DNA of 37,755 bases from a bacterium (GCA_046758365.1 JBHIAC010000017.1:1-37755), one strand, 5' to 3'; numbered from the stretch's first letter, positions 1-9,821 are shown. Translations and numbers: made by a program. The notes: generated by a model not told the origin, from the sequence alone.

Positions 1-110
1 TATAAATGACAGCGAAGCGTTATGACTTAATGACTTCATTATTTTTTATCTAAACTTATGAATAAGCAAATCCCTACAATTCTGAAATTTGCGGCTTCAC
101 CACGGTAAGG
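1..110. repeat. ~100-bp dispersed repeat (MITE/REP-like), copy 1, probably truncated by the window edge
   Basis: Reverse complement of 1-100 matches 11433-11532 with 6 mismatches in 100, and similarity extends loosely to ~110. Confidence 0.9.
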
Positions 111-113
111 TTT

Positions 114-2522
114 TTAAAAATCAACCGTAATAGAACCGAGCGCACGTCTTCCATTGACTGAACCGCCAAACAATTCGTAATGCTCATTGGCCAAGAGATT
201 GGTGATTACTAAGCCAAGACGTATATTCGATTTAATTTTGTATCCGCCTGCTAAATTAACTAATGTATATTTTGGAACTTTCCCTTGAAATACCCCAGCG
301 GCCCAATCAAAGCCTTGAATATATTTTATGCGAATTCCGAAATCGAGCCCTTGAGGGCCATTGTATGATAGACCAATATTGAATTTGTTTTGAGGGGTAT
401 TTGGAATCAGCACATCACCGACGGCCTGGTCTATAACATCAAAATCAAAATAAGTCCAGTTACCGCTTAACAGGATTTCATTGGTTACATAATAATTAAG
501 TCCCAGTTCGAAGCCCCACTCGTTCACTTTTCCCGCATTGGTATAAGACACCACAAAAGCAAGTGAACCGTCTGGTAGAGTAGAAAGCGCAAGTAAATTA
601 TTTCCCAATTTCTTTTCAAGAGTATTATTGATTATTCTCTTAATAGGTTCAGGAATATCGCCAGGAAGTTGATAAGGAGCAAAAGTAGGATTAACGCGAG
701 GAAGTAAATCGGTAATGAAATTGTTGAGTCGGTTAAAATAAATATTGGCCGTTACAGAAAATTTTTTAGAATAAATACCCTTATAGCCAAATTCATACCC
801 GAAAATTTTTTCTACCTTTAAATCTTCATTCCCCAGTGCTAAAACCGGTGTGGGACCAAAATTAAGAGGCAAATCTTGACCAAGAGTCGCTTCAAGCCCC
901 AATTCTAAAGAATCTAAAGGGACAGGTGTACCGGCTGGAGCTCGCAAAAAGAATTCAGAATAATTGGGGGTTTGAAAAGCCCGATTAAATGTTGCACGAA
1001 ATGAATGATTAGCCCTTGGCAAAAAAACAACAGCCGCTTTAGGGGAAAACTGGGTATCGTGAAGTGTACTTCGATCCACGCGTGTTGCGCCAACCAAGGT
1101 TATTTTATCAGAAAGCTGTAATTCTAATTGTGCAAACAATCCTGTCTGATTCTCATGATATGTATCTGGTGTTAACGTTTTATCGGTATCTACGTGCTGA
1201 AAGCGTTGAGAGGCGCCCCAGAAAAATCGAATTCTTTTTTCTAAAGCTGACAAATTGTGCTGGAACTGAAAATTTAAATTATATGAATCTTCTTTAAATA
1301 CGGCACCAGAATTCAGTGAAACTTGCTGGTTCCCTTGGGTTTTTCTTCCGGAATAATCTGCTTGTAAAAAGAATCGGTCTGAGGCATAAGTGGCGCGGCC
1401 CCACGGCTTATTAACCTTATCTACTTGAACTCTTCCAAGACCTGTCACATAGACCTGATCTTGTGCCTGCGCAAAGCCGCCTTCAAGGGTAAAAACACCC
1501 CCATTTATAAAATCGTAATCAACTCGCGCTGAGCCATAACTCGTACTAAGATCTTCATCGTTGAGGGTAACCACCTCGGTATCCAAGCCCGCATATTCCA
1601 GATCCTCTTTGTTGGTACGAGATTTACTCCAGGTATCGTTTCGAGTGCTACCAATATTAAACTTGTAACTCCACGGCCCAGAAAAGCCCGCGTGTCGTAC
1701 ATCTCCTTTGAAGCTATTCAGTTCACCTCCGGAAATCGAGACTTTCGTTCCGAGAATATCTTTAGGGGCTGGTGTAGTTATATTAATGACCCCAGAATAT
1801 GCATTGGCTCCGTAAAGCGCTGACCCCGGTCCCCGGACCAGTTCCAAACGACCTAAATCTTCTAAAGGAAAGCTTAGACTATTCCATTCTTGAGCCCCGA
1901 GAAATGCTATTGAAGTTTCTCGGTTATCCAAAAGCACAAGAACGCGTCGGTTTAGGGAGCTATTAAACCCTCGGGCGTTGAGGTTATAGTCATTTATGCC
2001 ATTCTGCACCACGTCAATGCCCGGCTCTGCCTCAAATAATCGAGGTACTTGTCCAGTACTGGCAACCCGTCGAACTTCTATGGCACTAATGGTACTTATT
2101 GCGGATGGTGCTTTGGTTATTCGCTCTGGGTGTTTTGACGCTCCGTAAACCAACACATCCCCAAGTTCTACTACCTCTTCGAGTAAGAAAGCATCTAAAG
2201 TTGTGGACTCCCCTGCGGTTACAGTTACATTGGTAAATTCTAAATTCACAAAGCCAACAGCAGAAAAAACCAATGTATAGCTCCCCGTCGGGACACGGGT
2301 AATGATGTACTTGCCATCGCTGTTCGTTGCCGCCCCCATAGTAGTACCTTTAATACTTACATTTATTTTTTCTAGCGGTTCTCCTGTTTCAGCATTAAAT
2401 ACAGTACCAGAAATTTCACCAATTTCCTTTGCAATTCCAATTGAATTTATAATCATAATTGATAAGCAAATTATTCCAAGATAGGATCCTCTAAAAGAAT
2501 TATCGAATAATTTTGACCTCAT
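114..2522 (-). CDS. TonB-dependent outer membrane receptor with N-terminal carboxypeptidase-regulatory-like domain
   Basis: Signal peptide, GTVFNAETGEPL N-domain, plug motifs (NARGFN, RLELVRGPGSALYGANAYSGVINITT), C-terminal Phe, and AAGGAGG RBS. Confidence 0.95.
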   Translation of the reverse strand: MRSKLFDNSFRGSYLGIICLSIMIINSIGIAKEIGEISGTVFNAETGEPLEKINVSIKGTTMGAATNSDGKYIITRVPTGSYTLVFSAVGFVNLEFTNVTVTAGESTTLDAFLLEEVVELGDVLVYGASKHPERITKAPSAISTISAIEVRRVASTGQVPRLFEAEPGIDVVQNGINDYNLNARGFNSSLNRRVLVLLDNRETSIAFLGAQEWNSLSFPLEDLGRLELVRGPGSALYGANAYSGVINITTPAPKDILGTKVSISGGELNSFKGDVRHAGFSGPWSYKFNIGSTRNDTWSKSRTNKEDLEYAGLDTEVVTLNDEDLSTSYGSARVDYDFINGGVFTLEGGFAQAQDQVYVTGLGRVQVDKVNKPWGRATYASDRFFLQADYSGRKTQGNQQVSLNSGAVFKEDSYNLNFQFQHNLSALEKRIRFFWGASQRFQHVDTDKTLTPDTYHENQTGLFAQLELQLSDKITLVGATRVDRSTLHDTQFSPKAAVVFLPRANHSFRATFNRAFQTPNYSEFFLRAPAGTPVPLDSLELGLEATLGQDLPLNFGPTPVLALGNEDLKVEKIFGYEFGYKGIYSKKFSVTANIYFNRLNNFITDLLPRVNPTFAPYQLPGDIPEPIKRIINNTLEKKLGNNLLALSTLPDGSLAFVVSYTNAGKVNEWGFELGLNYYVTNEILLSGNWTYFDFDVIDQAVGDVLIPNTPQNKFNIGLSYNGPQGLDFGIRIKYIQGFDWAAGVFQGKVPKYTLVNLAGGYKIKSNIRLGLVITNLLANEHYELFGGSVNGRRALGSITVDF

Positions 2523-2828
2523 AGAACCCTCCTTAATAATCTTTACAAAATTAAGCTTTTTAGCTGCCTAACCTTTTTACCACTCGTTAGGGACTCCTCG
2601 CTTTTCTTTTGTAGAATCTCCAACTATAGATCGCTCTGGATATGTCCTGAGTGGGAAATCAGAACAGGACATGTGTCCAATTTACTAATTTAGCTCAACA
2701 CCTTTACCTACTTTGGGATAAATATCGTATATCAAAATCAAGCTCAGCATGAATATACTGAGTGATCTAAACACGCTGGCATAAATCCCTATCGAGCGTA
2801 GACCGGACGAGCGAACGGTTACAAAAAT

Positions 2829-2857
2829 AGAATAAAAATAATCTCAATAAAAAGCAA
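2829..2857 (-). promoter_or_regulatory. Putative sigma70 promoter for the 802-aa receptor
   Basis: Minus strand reads TTGCTT-17 nt-TATTCT. Confidence 0.55.
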
Positions 2858-3007
2858 GAAATATTTGAGTAATGATTTGTAATCCTATAAATTTAATTTA
2901 TTCCCATAGGTTTATATTTGATTGAGTTGTGTCACTTTTTAATCTGGTGTTAGAAATGGTGAATTTTGCATAAAATTACAAATTATGTCTTTTCTGAAAA
3001 AAAAGAC

Positions 3008-3036
3008 TTGCTTTTTATAAACAAAAATTTTATTTT
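3008..3036 (+). promoter_or_regulatory. Putative sigma70 promoter for the 943-aa receptor
   Basis: TTGCTT-17 nt-TATTTT; it starts with the same TTGCTTTTTAT as the divergent promoter. Confidence 0.5.
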
Positions 3037-3188
3037 TTAGCCGCTTCAATTATCCCACTGAAAAATAGAGAGTGAAGTCCTCTCAATATTTATATGAGGA
3101 GGGAGGGCAAGAGCGTTTATATATTCTAATCTCATAATACGGTGTTTTAATTTAGAATCCGGTTTAATAGCTTTATATTATAATTAAC

Positions 3189-3296
3189 AGACTTCTGAAA
3201 AATTAATTTAAAGCATGCTCAAAATGGATGTACAGGCTTCAACCTTCCTATGACAATCTTAACCTAAAGTTTGTACACCCTATTTTGCAGAAGTCT
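3189..3296. repeat. REPIN/MITE-like palindromic element, copy 1
   Basis: Terminal inverted repeats AGACTTCTG...CAGAAGTCT enclose GTACAGGCTTCAACCT...AACCTAAAGTTTGTAC; homologous to 21783-21874. Confidence 0.85.
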
Positions 3297-3325
3297 ATAT
3301 TAATTAAATGAAGGGAGGAGTAATC

Positions 3326-6139
3326 ATGAAAACACGTAGATTTTGCTGGGTTTTTATTTGTTTGGTAAAAATTGGATTGGTTTCAAGTTTGGCATTTGCA
3401 CAGACTGCGACCCTTCGTGGCACTGTGACAGATGAAAAAACCGGCGATACATTGCCAGGTGCCAATGTTGTAGTGACGTCAGCAAATGTCCAGACGGGTG
3501 CGGCCGCGAAAGTATCTGGGGAGTTTGAAGTCAGAAATTTGCCACCCGGCACTTATACCGTTACCGCCTCCTATATTGGGTATGAAAAGCAAATCTTTAC
3601 CGACGTGGTTGTTTCCGCAGGTGAAACGAAAACTCTGGATATAGTGCTTACCCAAACAGGAATAGAACTCAACCCAATTTCTGTGACTGCTTCTCGGAGG
3701 CCTGAAAAAGTACTCGAGGCGCCGGCATCCATTTCGGTTTTAGAAGCCAGAGAAATCACAACCGATGTTGCGCCTTCTTCTTCATTTATTTTACGAAATG
3801 TAACCGGGGTTGACATAGCTCAGACCGGTGTGGACCGACGTGAAATAGTAATGCGCGGTTTCAATAACGCCTTCTCCGGAGAAGCCTACGTGTTGACAGA
3901 CAATCGTCAGTCCGCGGTGGCCTCCTTGGGCGTTAATGTGCATTCAATCATGCCCAATCAGAGTACCGATTTAGACAGAGTTGAAATCGTGCGTGGTCCC
4001 GGAGCAGCCTTGTATGGGGCTGGTGTTGATGAGGGCGTAATACACTACATAACGAAAGATCCCTTTACGTATCCTGGCACGACGTTTTCTTTCGCAGGCG
4101 GCGAGCGGACATCAATTGCCGGTCAGTTTCGTCATGCAGGAGTCATTAACAATAGGTTCGGCTATAAAATTACCGCACAGTATGCTCAGGCTGATGACTG
4201 GGAACTCAACCGAGCTGACAGGTTAGACTCGCTACAACTGGTGCAAGACCGCCCCGGTGTTGAGCGTAACTACGATTACAAAAAAGTTAACGTAAATGGG
4301 ATGCTGCAATACCGAATCAGCGACGACGTGACCCTGACCGCTAATGGCGGCTATTCGTCTTTTGATGGGGTAGTACTTACCGGAGTTGGCACGGCACAGG
4401 CAGACGGATGGGGCTATTCCTACGGACAGCTTCGTCTGCAAGCCGGTAATTTTTTCGCCCAGACCTACTTGAACCGCAATAATGCCGGTAACACCCGTGT
4501 ATTAAGCGGCCCAATCAAAGACCTGGTAGACAACTCTACGTTGTTCAACATACAGACCCAATATAATCTCGAATTGGCTAATGGTAAACATCGTGTGATT
4601 ATCGGCTTTGACTATGACCGCACGACTCCGGACACCAAAGGTACGATCTACGGCCGCAATGAGGAAGTTGACTTGATTTCTGAAACAGGGGGATACATTC
4701 AGACGCAACTGGCGCTCGCTCCTCAGCTTGATGTTACCGGGGCGCTGCGTCTGGACTATAATAACCTGCAAGAAGATCTGATAGCTTCACCGCGAGTCGC
4801 TTTGGTGTTCAAACCTACGCCGCAACACTCTTTTCGGGTCACGTACAATAAAGCCTTTACCTCTCCGGGTAATACCGAGAATTTTCTGGATATCCCTGCG
4901 GCACAAATCCCCGGCACAGAGATTGTGGTTCAAGGTCGCGGCTCAGCTTTTGGCTTCCACTTTACGCGGAATCCTGATTTTGCACCGTTTGCTGGCACGG
5001 ACCTGGTCGCTTACAGTCTGAATCCCCAAACGTTGGGCCAGCCGCAGCCGGTAGGCCTGCCGCTTGATGCGACATACGCCGCTGTGTACGCTGGCTTGGC
5101 CGCAACGCCTTTGTCAGCCATTCGCGCTTTACTGCCTCCGCCTCTTAATGATCCTAATGTCTTTCCGGATGCCCAGCTACAAGGTTTGATCGATCTGCTC
5201 GATCCACAATTTACCCAGGTATCTGGCTTTTCGAAAGGCGCCTTGGCTAAATTGAATCTGGCAACATTCGGGTTCGACCCTGTGCAGGACGTTGAGAACA
5301 TCCAGCCGCTTAAAATAAACACGACCCACTCGTTTGAGGTCGGCTACAAGGGTCTCATCAAAAATCGTGTATTATTTGCCATTGACGGCTATTATACGCG
5401 CAAGAAAAACTTTATCGGCCCTTTGGCGATGGAGAGTCCGATGGTATTCGTTCCTACCCTCTCGCCGGACTTGCAAGCGGCGTTAGCCTCAGCCATTACC
5501 AATAACACAACCTTAGCCCAAGCGTTGGGAGCCGTGGGTCAGACACCTGAATCGATCGCTGGTTTAATTGTTGCACTCGCTGGCGGCAGTCTACCGGATG
5601 ACAGTACACCGGTTGCGATTGTCGATCCTAGAGAACATGCGCCACAATCCGGCCAGACTCCTGGGTTATTGCTCGCGTATCGTAATTTCGGTGAAGTCGA
5701 TTTCTGGGGCATAGATGCTTCTCTCCAAATCATCGCTTCCGAACGTTTGAGCTTCTTCGGCAATCTGTCGTTCGTGAGTGACGACTTTTTTGATAACAAA
5801 GAATTGAAAGAAACCAATACCGCGCTGCAAGTTGCGCTAAACGCACCAAGCTTCAAGTCTAAGTTTGGCTTTAACTACAGCGTCCCACTCAGTTTTTCCG
5901 TCAATGCGTCGGCACGATACGTACAAGGGTTTCCGGTGGACTCCGGAGTTTATAAAGGCGATATAGACGACTACTTCTTGTTAGATATTGGCGCCGGTTA
6001 CGACTTAAGCCGTTTTGCGCCTGGCATGCGTTTTGACTTTTCCATACAAAATTTACTGAATAATGATCATCGAGAATTTATTGGCGCTCCCCAAATTGGT
6101 CGATTAGCTATGGCACGTATCAGCTATACAATCAGATAA
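3326..6139 (+). CDS. TonB-dependent outer membrane receptor
   Basis: Start MKTRR at 3326 after a GGGAGGAG RBS; signal peptide ending AFA-Q; N-terminal CarboxypepD_reg-like domain; plug RVEIVRGPGAALYG; barrel ending RISYTIR. Confidence 0.95.
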   Translation: MKTRRFCWVFICLVKIGLVSSLAFAQTATLRGTVTDEKTGDTLPGANVVVTSANVQTGAAAKVSGEFEVRNLPPGTYTVTASYIGYEKQIFTDVVVSAGETKTLDIVLTQTGIELNPISVTASRRPEKVLEAPASISVLEAREITTDVAPSSSFILRNVTGVDIAQTGVDRREIVMRGFNNAFSGEAYVLTDNRQSAVASLGVNVHSIMPNQSTDLDRVEIVRGPGAALYGAGVDEGVIHYITKDPFTYPGTTFSFAGGERTSIAGQFRHAGVINNRFGYKITAQYAQADDWELNRADRLDSLQLVQDRPGVERNYDYKKVNVNGMLQYRISDDVTLTANGGYSSFDGVVLTGVGTAQADGWGYSYGQLRLQAGNFFAQTYLNRNNAGNTRVLSGPIKDLVDNSTLFNIQTQYNLELANGKHRVIIGFDYDRTTPDTKGTIYGRNEEVDLISETGGYIQTQLALAPQLDVTGALRLDYNNLQEDLIASPRVALVFKPTPQHSFRVTYNKAFTSPGNTENFLDIPAAQIPGTEIVVQGRGSAFGFHFTRNPDFAPFAGTDLVAYSLNPQTLGQPQPVGLPLDATYAAVYAGLAATPLSAIRALLPPPLNDPNVFPDAQLQGLIDLLDPQFTQVSGFSKGALAKLNLATFGFDPVQDVENIQPLKINTTHSFEVGYKGLIKNRVLFAIDGYYTRKKNFIGPLAMESPMVFVPTLSPDLQAALASAITNNTTLAQALGAVGQTPESIAGLIVALAGGSLPDDSTPVAIVDPREHAPQSGQTPGLLLAYRNFGEVDFWGIDASLQIIASERLSFFGNLSFVSDDFFDNKELKETNTALQVALNAPSFKSKFGFNYSVPLSFSVNASARYVQGFPVDSGVYKGDIDDYFLLDIGAGYDLSRFAPGMRFDFSIQNLLNNDHREFIGAPQIGRLAMARISYTIR

Positions 6140-6275
6140 GTTTCAGCGCTGAAAAGTGAAAACAGATATTTTTGTTAATCAAGTAACTATTAGAACCTAG
6201 CAGGTGCAATTTTATATTTGTTTTGATCGTATCTAATTCCAGGATCATCTTGAAGTGCAAATTGCCGATCATTTT

Positions 6276-6320
6276 AACTCCCGACCTTTTATTCAAAATT
6301 AGGTCGGGAGTTCTTGTTTT
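6276..6320 (+). terminator. Intrinsic terminator-like hairpin
   Basis: 12-bp stem AACTCCCGACCT/AGGTCGGGAGTT followed by CTTGTTTT. Confidence 0.7.
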
Positions 6321-6373
6321 AGGGATGGTTTATTTATTTCTAGTTTATTATATTCAAGTTTAGAAGGAATACT

Positions 6374-7198
6374 ATGAAACAACTTTTGAAGAAAACGATT
6401 ATAATCGTTTTTCTTTCCCTATCTTTTCCCTCCATGTTGTTATCCCAACCCATTTGGGTAGGTCAAAGCCTTGATAATACTCTCTCGCTTGAGATTTTTA
6501 AGCCAGACTTTAAAGATATTAATGGCAACGATAATACCACATTTGTGACTTCAGCTATTTTTTTGTCTCTGCGTTTACCAATTTCCAAGAAGGTTATATT
6601 GGTTGCAGATATTCCTTTTGTCCATGCTGGGCTTGATTTCAGAAACCGGGACAACATATCCGAGAGTATGATCGGGAATCCTTATCTTGGACTTGAATTT
6701 CGGAGAAGGGACTTTCCAGTTTTTACCGAATTAGGTCTGCGAGTTCCGTTAGCGCCTGATAAATTTTTCCCATCTCAGGTTGGCATTTTTTCGGACTTTG
6801 ACCGTTTAGAAGCATTCCTTCCCGATGTAGTTGCTCTTTTAGGAGCGGTTAACTATCAACATAATATTATTTCAGACTTTGTCCTTCGGTTGCGTGCTGG
6901 ACCTTCACTATTGCTCAACACGGATGATGCGGATGATTCTGAGTTATATCTTCTCTACAATGCCTTGTTAAGTTATGAAGGTAAGTTAATTGGTATCAGA
7001 AGTGGATTTACCGGTCGTTTAATATTCACAGATGAAGGCAGCATTGGCGAACGGACCTTTCTTGAGTTTGGGCTAACCGCCAGCATTGCTTTGGGCAATG
7101 TTCGGCCGGGGGTCCATTTCAGACTCCCTTTGGAAGATGATTTAACTGAAGTCCTCGATTTTGTAATTGGAATTAATCTCGGCATCTTAATGAAATAG
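6374..7198 (+). CDS. Secreted hypothetical protein, likely outer-membrane beta-barrel (paralog 1)
   Basis: Signal peptide before QPIW, alternating hydrophobic beta pattern, and strong similarity to the next ORF (GNPYLGLE, DFDRLEAF, RPGVHFRLPLEDDL). Confidence 0.75.
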   Translation: MKQLLKKTIIIVFLSLSFPSMLLSQPIWVGQSLDNTLSLEIFKPDFKDINGNDNTTFVTSAIFLSLRLPISKKVILVADIPFVHAGLDFRNRDNISESMIGNPYLGLEFRRRDFPVFTELGLRVPLAPDKFFPSQVGIFSDFDRLEAFLPDVVALLGAVNYQHNIISDFVLRLRAGPSLLLNTDDADDSELYLLYNALLSYEGKLIGIRSGFTGRLIFTDEGSIGERTFLEFGLTASIALGNVRPGVHFRLPLEDDLTEVLDFVIGINLGILMK

Positions 7199-7226
7199 CC
7201 ATGATCAGTTTAAGGAGTATATCATA

Positions 7227-8036
7227 ATGAAACCGTTATCTAGGAACCTAAAGGCGCTGTTCATCGCCTTATTTATCTTACTTTTATCCTCATCATTATC
7301 CTCTCAACCAATTTGGATTGATCAGAACCAAACATTCGCTCTTGAAATTCTCAAACCGGATTTTGATGGGGCTAATAACACAACCCTTTTAACCTCAACT
7401 CTGTTCTTTTCGGTGCGCTGGCCATTAGCGGAAGAACTTATTTTTGTCGGGGAGCTTCCTTTTGCCCATGGTGAACTTGAGTCTCCTGAAAGCAGCTCCG
7501 AGGACAAGCTCGGCAATCCCTATCTCGGATTGGAAATAAAGAGCGAGGACTCCCGTACGTTCTTGGAGCTTGGGTTACGCCTGCCAATCGTCTCTTCGAG
7601 TAATTTTGCAACCTTTGTTGGTTCCTATTCTGATTGGGACCGTTTCGAAGCATTTACATCTGACATAGTAACTATCATGGGAATTGTAAATTTTCGTCAA
7701 AAAAATCCATCAAACTTTTTCTTACGGCTTCGTGGCGGGCCCTCGATCCTATTCGACACAGAAGGTGAAGAAGATCCCATTTTATATACTGTATTCAGCG
7801 GACAGCTTGGACATGAAAGTGAGGAGTTTACTATCGAAGGTGGACTTACGGGTCGCCTGGTGGTCTCTGGGGAAGGTAATCTTGGAGAACGGACGTTTCT
7901 TCAGCTTGGAATAGCAGCCAGCGTTGGATTAGGACAAGTTCGGCCGGGGGTTCATTTCAGGCTGCCGATTGAAGATGATTTAAACGAAGTTATCGATTTT
8001 GTTTTGGGATTCAATCTCGGTTTCCAAATTAAATAA
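7227..8036 (+). CDS. Secreted hypothetical protein, likely outer-membrane beta-barrel (paralog 2)
   Basis: AAGGAG RBS, signal peptide, same motifs as 6374..7198, and C-terminal strand FNLGFQIK. Confidence 0.75.
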   Translation: MKPLSRNLKALFIALFILLLSSSLSSQPIWIDQNQTFALEILKPDFDGANNTTLLTSTLFFSVRWPLAEELIFVGELPFAHGELESPESSSEDKLGNPYLGLEIKSEDSRTFLELGLRLPIVSSSNFATFVGSYSDWDRFEAFTSDIVTIMGIVNFRQKNPSNFFLRLRGGPSILFDTEGEEDPILYTVFSGQLGHESEEFTIEGGLTGRLVVSGEGNLGERTFLQLGIAASVGLGQVRPGVHFRLPIEDDLNEVIDFVLGFNLGFQIK

Positions 8037-8122
8037 GTGCCGCAGGTGGAAAGCACCAATGTCATAAATGAAAGGGTGTTGTCGATTAATGGCAAACGTG
8101 GTTGTATTATTAGAATGGTACC

Positions 8123-9130
8123 CTACAATGTAGGCATGCTTATTGCCGTTTGTGTCCATTGAATTAAAAATAAGGCCGCCGGTAAATTTTCTTCTAAGGT
8201 AGGTTGAATTTCGCTTTCTGGCAGTTGAAATCCAGGAAATGTAGATTCAGGACGCAGCTCAATGGTGTAGGATGGAACTTGAGTCTCACCGTAAAGCCAA
8301 TCGGTAGCGTCCCCGCTGGCTAAATATAATTCAGAACTCTGCTGGGCTATATAGCTTTTACCATGAACTTTTAGAATGCTGTCTGCCATGGTGCTTGCCA
8401 TTCGGTTCAATTGTTCTTCATCTGGGGCCGGTGTATTTGTATAGCCCCAAGGATACAAAATTAATTGAGAAAAATTGTGATAGGTGATCATGGCAACAAA
8501 ATTATGTTGCTTCACAAAATCCCGAATGACTTTTGTTTCTGGTTCAGAAAAAGGCGCTGATCCCCGATAAATTTCACTAAAGGTATCGCCGCTGGAGCCA
8601 GGTCCGCCCCATTGAAAGGAATAATTTCTATTCAGATCTACTCCAAACGTGCCGTCGCCGTTGTTTCGTCGATTCTTTCGCCAAAGTCGATTATTGGTCA
8701 CTGAATACTGGTGACCATCGGGGTTAACCAAAGGAATTATCCATATCTCACCGTTATCTACATAATTTTTAATTGATGCATCGACTGCGTAATTTTCAAG
8801 AAGGTGTTTGGCCAGTAAAAAGGGGACATCAATAGAAATCCACTCACGGGCATGGTGGCCACCCATAAATAGAATTTCAGGTTCTTCTTCCTCTTCAGTG
8901 ACATTATCACTAATTTTAATCGCCCAGATCTTACGCTTTTCATAGGATTCGCCTAAATCGAAAACTTTAGCAATGTTTGGAAAAGCTGTTTGCATATCAT
9001 GCAGTTCTTGCTGGATTTCATCGTAAGTATGGTAAAGTCCGGCATCCGGTGGTCCTGGTTGATTATCGCAGGTACCGAAGATGAACAGGGGTGTTAATAA
9101 AGTAAATAGTAATAATTTTCGATAATCCAC
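8123..9130 (-). CDS. M14 family zinc carboxypeptidase (carboxypeptidase T-like), probable lipoprotein, no propeptide
   Basis: HARE zinc motif, NPDG, WRKNRR, GVDLNRN, YH, ELRP; likely GTG start at 9130 after AAGGAG; lipobox-like FGTC. Confidence 0.92.
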   Translation of the reverse strand: MDYRKLLLFTLLTPLFIFGTCDNQPGPPDAGLYHTYDEIQQELHDMQTAFPNIAKVFDLGESYEKRKIWAIKISDNVTEEEEEPEILFMGGHHAREWISIDVPFLLAKHLLENYAVDASIKNYVDNGEIWIIPLVNPDGHQYSVTNNRLWRKNRRNNGDGTFGVDLNRNYSFQWGGPGSSGDTFSEIYRGSAPFSEPETKVIRDFVKQHNFVAMITYHNFSQLILYPWGYTNTPAPDEEQLNRMASTMADSILKVHGKSYIAQQSSELYLASGDATDWLYGETQVPSYTIELRPESTFPGFQLPESEIQPTLEENLPAALFLIQWTQTAISMPTL

Positions 9131-9151
9131 GGTTAGACTCCTTAATTGATA

Positions 9152-9217
9152 AATGCAAATTTCAAAATGCAAATTTCAATTTGCACTTTGCACTATTCAC
9201 GATTCACTATTCACTTT
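9152..9217. repeat. Heptamer tandem repeat tract
   Basis: aatgcaa atttcaa aatgcaa atttcaa tttgcac tttgcac tattcac gattcac tattcac. Confidence 0.7.
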
Positions 9218-9714
9218 GCTTTTTTCTTTTTAACCAAATCCAGAACATTTCTTGCTATAATCTCTACCGTAAATCCTTTCACCTCGGCTTCACGAATCTG
9301 CTTGTCAAATACCTGTGCAATAACCGTATCCTTTTTGACTTCCCAAATATCCATACCTAAATTGGCCAGAGTGGTGACTTTTGAATTATCTTCGACTGGT
9401 ATTTTAACCAGTCGCTGAATGAGCTCTTCTTCGCGGATCGGCTCCGTTTTATAATTAGTTGTCTGAATTTTTGCCAAATCTCCTTGTTGAATCCGTGCTG
9501 CTACATAGTTGTCTTCTACAACGATTACGTCAATTCCTAGCTTAATAAGACTGTCGGCCTCGGCCTTATTGTTTATTGGAATCTTTTTAATTTGAGTCAT
9601 GGTAGATTTTATCTCTTGCGAAATTCTTGATTCAGCCTGCTCTCCTGTGCTACTTTGGCAGGCGATGATAAGCCATATAATTAATAAGTATAAAAAGTAA
9701 TTTTTTTGTGACAT
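9211..9714 (-). CDS. Lipoprotein with two tandem repeats resembling the M14 activation propeptide
   Basis: Likely start MSQKNY at 9714, lipobox IIAC, and repeats KIPINNKAEADSLIKLGIDVIVV... / KIPVEDNSKVTTLANLGMDIWEV... Confidence 0.65.
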   Translation of the reverse strand: MSQKNYFLYLLIIWLIIACQSSTGEQAESRISQEIKSTMTQIKKIPINNKAEADSLIKLGIDVIVVEDNYVAARIQQGDLAKIQTTNYKTEPIREEELIQRLVKIPVEDNSKVTTLANLGMDIWEVKKDTVIAQVFDKQIREAEVKGFTVEIIARNVLDLVKKKKAK

Positions 9715-9821
9715 CTTCAATTTCCTCACATTTATTTCTATAAAAAGGATATTAAGGTATAAAAAAGGTACACGCTCCACTCTATGCACTACTAGCTATG
9801 CTCTTGGCTCTATGCGCTTTA

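Noticed and set aside
3050..3120. Cobalamin riboswitch before the TonB receptor
   Set aside because: Only an isolated CCACTG is present; the other B12-box elements are not seen.
9131..9172. ORF-track N-terminal extension of the peptidase (similarly 9715-9789, 11796-11858 and 3308-3325)
   Set aside because: Downstream starts have better RBS sites and give clean signal peptides or domain starts; the peptidase extension runs through repeat DNA.
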